Below, one piece after another: positions 56,094-64,000 of a stretch of 64,000 bases of DNA. Each line of letters starts with the position of its first letter. Within the stretch, counting starts at the first letter, position 1. Under the pieces are notes generated by a model. The model was not told the DNA's origin, did no database searches, and saw nothing but the letters and a program-made list of their open reading frames with translations. This DNA is from an uncultured Clostridia bacterium (GTDB lineage: Bacteria; Bacillota; Clostridia; Christensenellales; UBA1242). A program made the position numbers and the translations under genes. Location: NCBI GenBank assembly GCA_944349905.1, contig CALVNR010000001.1, positions 66,550-130,549 on the forward strand, read 5' to 3'.

Positions 56094-59000
56094 ATGATTA
56101 AAAAAAGTATTAAATCAAAAAGTATATTTAAGGGAGCAGTTTTTGGTATAGCTGTTGTTATGTGTGGCTCATTTGTCCCAGTTGCAGCATTACACACATT
56201 GGCTGATGAACTTACTAAAAATAACGTAGTAACAGATATTAACAATAAAACAAATAGAATTGAAATAGATGCTAATAGCGCAGAAACTGTTGTTGAAAAA
56301 GGCAATGATATCACAATACCAGTTGGTGTTTATTATGGACAAGGTTCAAAAGTTCATACTATTGGTAATACTATTGAAGAAGAAAACACAATAACAGAAT
56401 CAAAAGTTGTCGCTTATTATAAGGCAGATGATTCTATTGTTTACGATTCTTCAAATTCTGAAAAATACACTGGCAATAAATTCAAAGCAGATAGAATTGG
56501 AACTTATGTTGTTGAATATATCGTTGTTGATAGTGGTATGAAATATAGTCATAAAATTGAATTTAAATGTACTGTTAAAGATGTTGAAATCAATTTTGAC
56601 ACAAACAGTAAAAATATTATTCCTTCAATTTATGATTTAAGTTTAATGGATGAAAAGAAAGACATCGTTTTGCCTATTCCAACTGTTGAAGATGAAGATG
56701 GAAATGTGATAAAAAACTTAAAAGTATATCTTGAAGGCGAAGAAGCATCCGAAAGTGAATATTTAAAAATTTCATTAGACAATGCATATTCAAGTTCTTT
56801 AAAGATTGAAAAAGATTTAGCAACTGGCAACTTCGTCATAAAGGGAGATGAATTGGCAGGTGCAAATGGTCATGAATTCAAAATTGTATATAAATACTAT
56901 CAAAATGGTGTTCAAGTAAAAACTGCTGAAAAATCTTTTAAAGTTTATAATGAATACTACAAACAAAAAGATAATAGTGCAGGATATACTCTTGCAGTGT
57001 CAAAATCAGCACACAAAATTTATCCTGTTGTTGGAGTCGCAGAATCTTTGCCTACAATAACTGTAACAACTTCATCTTCTGATTCTCCATCAAGCGAAAG
57101 TGTTGAATTTAGTTATGAAATTAAAGTTAACAAAGAAGTAAATGGAGTATGGCAACCTGTTGAAGATGCTATTGATAAAGATAACAATTTTATTGTTTAT
57201 AGTGAAGGTGATTATCAAATAGTTTATGTAGTAACAGATTTCTATGGACATACACAAGAGGCCGTAGTTGAAGCTTCAAATGTAAAAGATAATATCCAAG
57301 CAACTCCTTATGTTTATGATGGAGCAGATAAAAATGCGTATGATGCAGAGACAAATACTTATAAAAGTGCAGAAAGCATTTTAAAATCACAGTCAGTTGC
57401 AAGAAATATTATTGTTTATGCAATTGGTGGAACTGATAATGCAGTTGAACAAAAAGATATAACTTTAACAAGAGAGATTAGAAGTTCAAATAACTCTACT
57501 GTAATTTATAAAATTACAGATCACAACGAATACAATTTAATTTTCCAACCTTTGAAAGATGGCGAAAAAGGTCTTTACAAATCAATTTATGATGACAACT
57601 ATCAAATTAGACGCCAAATGATTTTAGGTGGAACAACTGCTACTGATGAAGAAACTATTAAAAATTGGCTCAAAAATAATAATTATCGTATAGTTGTTAA
57701 TGATAGGGTAACTTCACCAACTGGTGATAAATTCAATACTGAGGGCACAGAAGCAACTGATGAAGAACTTGAAGCAGATGGCTTTGTTTATATTGAACCA
57801 AATTCAACTGATTACAAGTTTTCAGCTCAAACATATTCTATTTATTACATCGCTGATGACAATTTTGTAGATAGAGCAGCAAATGAACTCCACATTAATA
57901 TTGAAATTAAAGACAATGTAGAAGATGCTGTAGCTCCTTCAATTTTGTACTCAACAGAATTGCAAACATCTTATTTGTCTGATGATGTAATTACTTTGAA
58001 AGCTCCAACTGCTTCTGATAATAGTGGGGATTCAAAAGTTGAAATTCATACAGCTTATCGTTATCTTGATTCAAGTAAATTGCCTATTACAGAAGTTGAT
58101 GAAAAACCTTATGGTTCAACTATATCTTATCTAATAAACGATGCTTCAAAAAGTGGCATTTCTTCTAATAAGTGGTATATACAAGAAGGAGAAAATAGAA
58201 TTGTTACATCTTATGGCTGGACACTTCTTGAAGGAAAAGATGAATATACAATAAAACTTAAAAACAAACCAAACAATGCAGCATATATTGAATTCTTCTC
58301 TTATGCTATTGATGATAGTGGAAATGTTGGTTTCTATGACAAACAAATATATGTTTCAACTATAAGCGATACAAAAGCTCCTACATTGTTTGAAGTTGTA
58401 AGTCCTGAAATAGATGGTGGATATGTAAATAATGATACTATTATCTTACCTACATTAAAATATCAAGACAACCTTCCTCAATACATGAATGCTGGTGTTG
58501 TAGTTTATAAGGTTGATGAAGAAAATCAAACTCAAACAATTGTTCATGCATCAAATATGTCAACTTACTATGACTCTATTGCTGGTAACTTTGTTGTAGA
58601 AGCAGGTTCATTCAATGCTTCTACTGGTGGAAAATATTTGGTTGCTGTAACAGTAAATGATATTGGTAACCATTCTATTACAACATATTTTACTTATGAT
58701 GTACAATCTGTTCCTGTTGTTCAAGATCCTGAAATAACAAATATAGGTTCTACAAATAAAGAAATAGTTGTAGAAAAAGCACAATCTTTGCCTACACCAA
58801 AACTTTCAGTATCAAACGATGATGAAATTGGATTTGTAGGATTGTCAGATGATACAACAGAAACATTATCTGATTACTACACAGTATCAGTTATTTCTGC
58901 GTCAGATAGTGATGGTTATAAGTTAAGTCAAAATTCTTTTACTGCTACTGCCAAAGGAACTTATAAACTTCAATATAATGTATTCTTAATCAGTTATTCA

Positions 59001-60161
59001 ACACAGACAGAATATTTTGATGGTGTAAAAGATAAAGAATCTGCTACAAGAGGATACATGTTCTTAATGGAAAATGAAAATACTGGAAGAAATATTCTTG
59101 CCTATAAAGCAGAGGGTGGAGAAACATTAGTTGGCGAAGGTGCAGGTACTGCTGTTGCTGACGAAGTATATTACATTTTCTTAGAAAAAAATACTGACGG
59201 CACATTTGCAATGAGAATAAACACAGAAACAACAGGTCAAGGTAAAGAACTTGATGCAAGTCAATTGCCAGCTTATAATGATGGTGAATCAACTGTAAAA
59301 CTTCACAGTATCCCAAGCTCTATTATAACTTATACTGCTGGAGATATAGCAGTTAACTTAAACATGGATGAAAGTGCATATGAAAAAACTAAATATGAAA
59401 CTTTGACAGAATCTATCACAATTTTACCTATCAACGCTGATGCCGATGGTGCTGAAATTGACAAAGATAAATCTACAGTAAGTATTTCAGTATCAACTGG
59501 AAATACTACAAGAACAATAGCCTCTGTAAGTATCAATGATTGGTATTCATTATCAACTTCAAACAACAGTGACATCTCATATGAAAATGGAAATTTAAAA
59601 CTTGCTTTAAACACAAATGGTAAATATACTATTAAATATACTGTTAAAGCAATAGACAAATATGGTATGAGTGTTGGAAGTGAGAAAACTATATCTTATG
59701 AAATTTCAGTTGGTGATGTAATTGCCCCAGAAATAACTATTGACAACACAAACAATCAATTTATAAAATCAACATATGAAATAGGAGATAAAATAGATTT
59801 CAAATTAAAATATATAGATTTGTCAGACAATAAAACTGATGAAGAAACTTTGGGTAAGAATTTGGTTATTCAAATAAAAAATACAAGTTTGAACAAAACT
59901 TATCCAACACTTGGTCAAAGCGAATCTTTTGAAATTACAGAAAATGGAAATTATACAGTTTCAATTTATGTTAAAGATAGTGCTGGAAATTCAAGTGTTA
60001 CAAGAGAATTTACTTTCAGTGTTGGTGGAGACAGCGCTACACCAATCAATGTAACAGAAGTTGTTGGTAAAGTATTGATTGCTGTTTCAGCAGTTATACT
60101 TGGTGGAGTTATTGTTTATTTCATAGTTTCAAAAGCAAAAGAAAGTAAAAAGAAAAGATAA
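56094..60161 (+). CDS. large cell-surface protein with Ig-like repeat domains and a C-terminal membrane anchor (1355 aa)
   Basis: Signal peptide ...VPVAALHTLADE. Recurring domain borders of the type D..AP.I (DAVAPSILYS, DTKAPTLFE, DVIAPEITI). C-terminal TM VLIAVSAVILGGVIVYFIV plus KKKR. No LPXTG. Confidence 0.7.
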   Translation: MIKKSIKSKSIFKGAVFGIAVVMCGSFVPVAALHTLADELTKNNVVTDINNKTNRIEIDANSAETVVEKGNDITIPVGVYYGQGSKVHTIGNTIEEENTITESKVVAYYKADDSIVYDSSNSEKYTGNKFKADRIGTYVVEYIVVDSGMKYSHKIEFKCTVKDVEINFDTNSKNIIPSIYDLSLMDEKKDIVLPIPTVEDEDGNVIKNLKVYLEGEEASESEYLKISLDNAYSSSLKIEKDLATGNFVIKGDELAGANGHEFKIVYKYYQNGVQVKTAEKSFKVYNEYYKQKDNSAGYTLAVSKSAHKIYPVVGVAESLPTITVTTSSSDSPSSESVEFSYEIKVNKEVNGVWQPVEDAIDKDNNFIVYSEGDYQIVYVVTDFYGHTQEAVVEASNVKDNIQATPYVYDGADKNAYDAETNTYKSAESILKSQSVARNIIVYAIGGTDNAVEQKDITLTREIRSSNNSTVIYKITDHNEYNLIFQPLKDGEKGLYKSIYDDNYQIRRQMILGGTTATDEETIKNWLKNNNYRIVVNDRVTSPTGDKFNTEGTEATDEELEADGFVYIEPNSTDYKFSAQTYSIYYIADDNFVDRAANELHINIEIKDNVEDAVAPSILYSTELQTSYLSDDVITLKAPTASDNSGDSKVEIHTAYRYLDSSKLPITEVDEKPYGSTISYLINDASKSGISSNKWYIQEGENRIVTSYGWTLLEGKDEYTIKLKNKPNNAAYIEFFSYAIDDSGNVGFYDKQIYVSTISDTKAPTLFEVVSPEIDGGYVNNDTIILPTLKYQDNLPQYMNAGVVVYKVDEENQTQTIVHASNMSTYYDSIAGNFVVEAGSFNASTGGKYLVAVTVNDIGNHSITTYFTYDVQSVPVVQDPEITNIGSTNKEIVVEKAQSLPTPKLSVSNDDEIGFVGLSDDTTETLSDYYTVSVISASDSDGYKLSQNSFTATAKGTYKLQYNVFLISYSTQTEYFDGVKDKESATRGYMFLMENENTGRNILAYKAEGGETLVGEGAGTAVADEVYYIFLEKNTDGTFAMRINTETTGQGKELDASQLPAYNDGESTVKLHSIPSSIITYTAGDIAVNLNMDESAYEKTKYETLTESITILPINADADGAEIDKDKSTVSISVSTGNTTRTIASVSINDWYSLSTSNNSDISYENGNLKLALNTNGKYTIKYTVKAIDKYGMSVGSEKTISYEISVGDVIAPEITIDNTNNQFIKSTYEIGDKIDFKLKYIDLSDNKTDEETLGKNLVIQIKNTSLNKTYPTLGQSESFEITENGNYTVSIYVKDSAGNSSVTREFTFSVGGDSATPINVTEVVGKVLIAVSAVILGGVIVYFIVSKAKESKKKR

Positions 60162-60163
60162 TA

Positions 60164-60190
60164 AAAAACTCACATATTTGTGAGTTTTTA
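60164..60190 (+). terminator. intrinsic terminator
   Basis: AACTCACA/TGTGAGTT hairpin plus T-run. Confidence 0.8.
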
Positions 60191-60248
60191 TTTTTAAATA
60201 AAAATTGCTTTTATAAATTAAAAATGTTTTATAATTTTTAGGTTTTTC

Positions 60249-60277
60249 TTGACAAAAGTTTGTTTTTATGGTATATT
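60249..60277 (+). promoter_or_regulatory. promoter of the rplU operon
   Basis: TTGACA, 17 nt, TGgTATATT extended -10. Confidence 0.6.
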
Positions 60278-60283
60278 AAACAG

Positions 60284-60345
60284 GTATCCGCATGTGTAGG
60301 GTTTAAGTCCGTACTTGGCACCTGTTAAACAGCGAGTTTGGTTAG
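60284..60345 (+). promoter_or_regulatory. L21-leader-like structured 5' UTR
   Basis: AACAGGT...ACCTGTT closing helix around GC-rich inner hairpins. Lies between the promoter and the rplU RBS, where the Firmicute L21 leader is found. Confidence 0.5.
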
Positions 60346-60359
60346 AGGAGGTATAAAAT

Positions 60360-60668
60360 ATGTTTGCTATCGTTCAAACTGGTGGAAAGCAATACAAAGT
60401 TGCCGAAGGTGATGTTATCAGTGTTGAAAAACTTGATAATGCTATTGGTGATAAAGTTAGTTTACAAGTTCTTCTTGTTTCTGACAATGGAAAAGTTGTT
60501 GCTGGAAATCCATCTGTGAAAGATGCTGTTTGTGAAGCAGAAGTTGTTTCTCATGGCAAAGGCGACAAAATTGTTGTTTTCAAATATAAGCCTAAGAAAA
60601 ACGAAAGAAAAAAACAAGGTCACAGACAACCATTCACTCAATTAAAAATATTGTCAATTAAAAAGTAA
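60360..60668 (+). CDS. rplU: 50S ribosomal protein L21
   Basis: [14 protein letters not shown] start, KKRRGHRQ-type C-terminus. Confidence 0.97.
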   Translation: MFAIVQTGGKQYKVAEGDVISVEKLDNAIGDKVSLQVLLVSDNGKVVAGNPSVKDAVCEAEVVSHGKGDKIVVFKYKPKKNERKKQGHRQPFTQLKILSIKK

Positions 60669-60679
60669 GGCTATATACT

Positions 60680-61003
60680 ATGACTAAAATTACTTTTTAT
60701 AAAAAAAACAACCTTTATGTTGGTTTTGAAGTTAGTGGGCATACAGGCAAAGATGACTATGGAAAAGATTTGCTTTGTTGTCAAATTTCAACTGTTGCGC
60801 AGATGGCAATTGTTGGATTTAATGAAATTGAAAAATATGCACAGTTTAAAGAAATATCAGACGGATATTTAAAAATTATGGTTAAAGATGATCATTCACA
60901 AAAAAGCGAAGTTCAATTTCTTTTCAAAACTTGTTTTTATTCTTTCAAATCAATCATTGAAGGTGAAGATAAATTTGCAAAATTGGAGGTAAAAAATGTT
61001 TAA
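60680..61003 (+). CDS. prp: ribosomal-processing cysteine protease Prp
   Basis: 107 aa between rplU and rpmA. SGHTG...DLLCCQIST carries the His/Cys dyad. Confidence 0.85.
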   Translation: MTKITFYKKNNLYVGFEVSGHTGKDDYGKDLLCCQISTVAQMAIVGFNEIEKYAQFKEISDGYLKIMVKDDHSQKSEVQFLFKTCFYSFKSIIEGEDKFAKLEVKNV

Positions 61004-61271
61004 GTTTAATGCTCAACTTTTTGCTCACAAAAAGGGTGGTGGTAGCACCAAAAATGGTCGTGATTCTCAAAGTAAAAGACTTGGAGTTAAGGCTTATGGT
61101 GGTCAAAAAGTTACTGCTGGCAGCATAATTGTAAGACAAAAAGGCACAAAAGTTTATCCTAGCACAAATGTTGGTATGGGTAAAGATTATACTTTGTTTG
61201 CTCTTTGCGATGGCGTTGTTAAATTTGGTTTTAGCAATGGTAAAAAAGTTGTTGCTATCGTAGCAGAATAA
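60996..61271 (+). CDS. rpmA: 50S ribosomal protein L27 with cleavable N-terminal extension
   Basis: [24 protein letters not shown]. The propeptide ends in F-A as in Staphylococcus and Bacillus. Confidence 0.97.
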   Translation: MFKFNAQLFAHKKGGGSTKNGRDSQSKRLGVKAYGGQKVTAGSIIVRQKGTKVYPSTNVGMGKDYTLFALCDGVVKFGFSNGKKVVAIVAE

Positions 61272-61279
61272 TTATATTT

Positions 61280-61304
61280 AGCAGGATAGTTCCTGCTTTT
61301 TTTA
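61280..61304 (+). terminator. intrinsic terminator
   Basis: AGCAGGA/TCCTGCT hairpin plus T7. Confidence 0.85.
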
Positions 61305-61308
61305 AATT

Positions 61309-62133
61309 ATGAATTACAAGAAATACAATAATAGAATTGAAATTTACAATAAAAGTGATTTTAACCCACAACACATTTTAGAATGTGGGCAGGTTTTTTC
61401 ATATGAAAAAGTTGATGAAAAATATAACGTTTTTCCAGAAGACAAATTTGCCCAAATTGTTGAAGATGGTGAAAAATATATTATCTATACTTTTGATGTA
61501 GATTATTTTGAAAATTATTTTAATTTAAAGGTTGATTACAATATAATAAAAAATTCTTTACTAAAATATCAAATTATGACAAAACCTATACAATTTGGTT
61601 ATGGAATAAGAATCTTAAAACAAAATTTGTTTGAAACATTGATTTCTTTCATTATTTCAGCAAACAATAACATAAAAAGAATTAAATTGATTTTAAGTAG
61701 ATTGAGAAAATATTTTAGTGCTCAAAATGGCAAAGAAATGTTTCCTACTTATTTACAGTTAAAAAGTTGCAATGAAGATTTTTTTAAAGAAATAGGTTGT
61801 GGATATCGTGCAGAATATTTAGTTAAAGTGTTAAACCAGATTACCCCAGAAATTTTGGAAGATTGGAGAAAACTAGACACTCAAACTTTACAGAAAAATT
61901 TGATTGCTTTAAGTGGAGTAGGCCCTAAGGTTGCAGATTGTATTATGCTTTTTGGATATGGAAAGAAAGATGTTTTTCCAGTAGATACATGGATTTATCA
62001 AATGTATTGCAAATATTACAAAAAAATTGAAAACAGATTGGAAATAAGAAAAGATTTAATTAATCAATTTGGACAACTTTCAGGTTATGCTCAACAATAT
62101 TTATTTTATTTTCAACGCTCTTTTGATAATTAA
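61309..62133 (+). CDS. ogg: HhH-GPD DNA glycosylase, 8-oxoguanine glycosylase (Ogg) type
   Basis: ECGQVF N-terminal motif, HhH LSGVGPKVADCIMLFG, then VDTW with the catalytic Asp region. Confidence 0.75.
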   Translation: MNYKKYNNRIEIYNKSDFNPQHILECGQVFSYEKVDEKYNVFPEDKFAQIVEDGEKYIIYTFDVDYFENYFNLKVDYNIIKNSLLKYQIMTKPIQFGYGIRILKQNLFETLISFIISANNNIKRIKLILSRLRKYFSAQNGKEMFPTYLQLKSCNEDFFKEIGCGYRAEYLVKVLNQITPEILEDWRKLDTQTLQKNLIALSGVGPKVADCIMLFGYGKKDVFPVDTWIYQMYCKYYKKIENRLEIRKDLINQFGQLSGYAQQYLFYFQRSFDN

Positions 62134-62217
62134 AATTGTTATAATCATTTTGATTTTTGCTATTTACAACAAATAATAATTGTGTTATAATCTTTTTAGA
62201 AATATTTGGAGGTACTA

Positions 62218-63261
62218 ATGAATACTTTGTCTTTATTAAATTTTGGTGCAGTTGAAATTACATTTACTGTTATTGGAGCGCTTGCGCTTATTGCGTTAAT
62301 TTTGCTTTTTGTAATTGTTCCAATGAAAGAGTATTTTACAGCGTTATTTGCAAAAGCCCATATTTCAATGGCAAAATTAACTTCTTTAAAAAATTGTAAG
62401 ATTGCACCTATGAGTTTGGTGGAAGCTTACATATTAGCAAAGCGTTCAGATATTAATCTAAAAGTTGAAGAAATAGAATCTGTTTTGATTGCCAAAGGAA
62501 ATGCAAAAGATATGATTTGTGCTATGAAACTTGCAAAAGAAGCAAACATCAATTTACCATTTTCACTTGCATCGGCATTAGAAATTAAAACAAAAAATTC
62601 TTTGGAAGTGGTAAGACAAGCAGTTGAGTCTTATAATGAAACAATATCTGAAATAAAAGCAGTAACGAAAGATAACATAGAACTTGTAATTGATGTGAAT
62701 TTGATTTTAAAAATATTAATCCCAAAATATTTGTTTGGATTATCTGTAAATAAAATAAAAGCTTTTATAACTGAAAAAGTTATAAAAAAAGTACCAACAC
62801 TATTAAAAGAAGAGATTATGTCACATCCTGAAATTTTAATTACCGATATTGATTTGACAAATGCTAGTCAAAATACAGCTTATTCACTTGAAAATATTAT
62901 GATTGCAAATATTTCAATAGGTAAAAATTTTCAAATGGATTTGGAAATAAAAAAGGCTGAAAAAGAAAGAATTTTTGCTCAAATGCAAGCAGACAGAATG
63001 AAAACTGTTGAAGAGATGAAGGAACTTCGTACAAGAACAAAAACAGAAGAAAACAAAGCCAGCCTTTTGGAAGCTGAGGCACAAGTGCCAATTGCAATAT
63101 CTCAGGCAATCAAAGAAGGTCGTTTCTCAGTTATGGACTATTATAAACTTATGAATCTTCAAGCTGACACAGCACTTAGAAGGTCAATCATGAATACTGA
63201 CGAAAAGAAAGATTCGGATGATGATGACTTTGATATTTTTGATGATGGAGATGATGAATAA
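62218..63261 (+). CDS. floA: flotillin-like protein FloA (YqfA family)
   Basis: GGAGG RBS. N-terminal TM. The C-terminal EAEAQVPIAISQAIKEGRFSVMDYYKLMNLQADT closely parallels B. subtilis FloA. Acidic tail DDDDFDIFDDGDDE. Confidence 0.8.
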   Translation: MNTLSLLNFGAVEITFTVIGALALIALILLFVIVPMKEYFTALFAKAHISMAKLTSLKNCKIAPMSLVEAYILAKRSDINLKVEEIESVLIAKGNAKDMICAMKLAKEANINLPFSLASALEIKTKNSLEVVRQAVESYNETISEIKAVTKDNIELVIDVNLILKILIPKYLFGLSVNKIKAFITEKVIKKVPTLLKEEIMSHPEILITDIDLTNASQNTAYSLENIMIANISIGKNFQMDLEIKKAEKERIFAQMQADRMKTVEEMKELRTRTKTEENKASLLEAEAQVPIAISQAIKEGRFSVMDYYKLMNLQADTALRRSIMNTDEKKDSDDDDFDIFDDGDDE

Positions 63262-63878
63262 TGGGGAACATAACAGCTATTATCGTTGTTTGTTCTATCT
63301 GTGGATTTTTGATTTTAATGTTGATTTTTCTATATAAAAAGATGAGTAGTAAAAGTAGTAAATCTAAATTAGATGAAGAAATAAACAGATATAAAAATTT
63401 GAATAGTGGAAATGCAGTTGATTATAGTTCTGATACAAAAACAAAAAAAGAATTAAACAAAGAGAAAAAAAATGAGATAAAGACGAACAAAGTTAAAGAT
63501 AAAACCTTGAAATTACAAAAAAAATTAAATTCAAAAATAACTATTGAGAAACTTGAAGAATTTGAAAATCATGACGAAAATAACATTGAAGATCAAGATT
63601 TTTATTTACAAAATCAGAACGATTATCAAGAAGAACAAGTCAAAAATGATTTACAAGATAAAAATAAAAACAATTCAAATTTGGAAGAACAAGCAAGAAA
63701 ACAAAAAGAGAAGCAAGACAAAGATTTGGAGAGAGAAAAAGAATTTGATAAGTTTATGGATGAATTTTCTTATTCTAGACTGCCTAATAATAAAAACATT
63801 ATAAAGCATATTGAAGACTTGCCACCTAAAATTAAAGCAATAGTACTTGGAAATATTTTTAACAAATTTGATGAATAA
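63261..63878 (+). CDS. membrane-anchored Lys/Glu/Asn-rich hypothetical protein
   Basis: TAATG overlap with floA. Single N-terminal TM IIVVCSICGFLILMLIFLY. Low-complexity charged remainder. Confidence 0.5.
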   Translation: MGNITAIIVVCSICGFLILMLIFLYKKMSSKSSKSKLDEEINRYKNLNSGNAVDYSSDTKTKKELNKEKKNEIKTNKVKDKTLKLQKKLNSKITIEKLEEFENHDENNIEDQDFYLQNQNDYQEEQVKNDLQDKNKNNSNLEEQARKQKEKQDKDLEREKEFDKFMDEFSYSRLPNNKNIIKHIEDLPPKIKAIVLGNIFNKFDE

Positions 63879-63908
63879 AAGATACTTTTTAGAGTATCTT
63901 TTTTTTTA
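63877..63908 (+). terminator. intrinsic terminator
   Basis: AAGATACT/AGTATCTT hairpin plus T-run. Confidence 0.8.
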
Positions 63909-63957
63909 ATATTTTTTTTAATATTCTCATATATTAAAAAATATAAATAGGAGATTT

Positions 63958-64000
63958 ATGTTTAATTTTTTAGACGAGATTAAGAACAATTTAAAAAAGA
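63958..64000 (+). CDS. start of an unidentified ORF running off the window
   Basis: TAGGAG RBS, ATG at 63958, MFNFLDEIKNNLKK... Only 14 codons are visible. Confidence 0.3.
   Translation, partial: MFNFLDEIKNNLKK

Noticed and set aside
1-64000. Search by eye for tRNA, rRNA, CRISPR arrays, IS elements or transposases, and classical defence genes (restriction-modification, Cas, Abi, toxin-antitoxin pairs)
   Set aside because: I found no cloverleaf-like GC-rich segments in the spacers, no spacer-repeat arrays, no DDE or serine/tyrosine recombinase-like ORFs, and no methyltransferase/endonuclease pairs. The only structured RNAs I can support are the SRP RNA, the T-box and the r-protein leaders.

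Overview
AT-rich (roughly one-third G+C by eye), standard-code chromosomal segment from a low-GC Firmicute. It looks Clostridia-like and is probably an endospore former, because spoIVA and a Bacillus-type long SRP RNA are present. All protein calls rest on motifs I recognise in the supplied translations and on gene order; no searches were run.

Most of the window is conserved housekeeping:
- hslU-tcdA-trxA and nifS-nifU
- SRP RNA
- T-box-controlled type-2 ileS
- an rRNA/tRNA modification pair and pepF
- comEC-holA, der-plsY and spoIVA
- pcrA-ligA
- the str operon rpsL-rpsG-fusA-tuf
- sepF-lspA-rluD
- rplU-prp-rpmA, with an L21-leader-like element
- ogg and floA

Accessory content is as follows:
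1. 15.7-23.05 kb holds a compact, intact, single-strand operon. It encodes a short TerS-like protein, a Zn-ribbon protein, portal-like, scaffold-like and capsid-like proteins, three more proteins, and two holins. It sits behind a near-consensus promoter. It has no large terminase, tail, endolysin, integrase or replication genes. This is my best candidate for an undescribed system: a domesticated or satellite-like capsid-only module.
2. Two large orphan lipoprotein or membrane-anchored proteins lie directly downstream (23.1-27.5 kb).
3. A 2246-aa BspA-type LRR surface protein contains near-identical internal DNA repeats.
4. A 1355-aa Ig-repeat surface protein is present.
5. A small islet at 53.1-55.9 kb has duplicated PH-domain genes, an alpha/beta hydrolase, an XRE HTH gene, a structured intergenic element and a tiny Cys-rich protein. 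A second Cys-rich protein lies at 12.8 kb.
6. A HEPN-motif/CBS fusion protein is present.
7. The rpsL leader is about 245 nt long and contains an internal intrinsic terminator.

I saw no rRNA, tRNA, CRISPR array or transposase.
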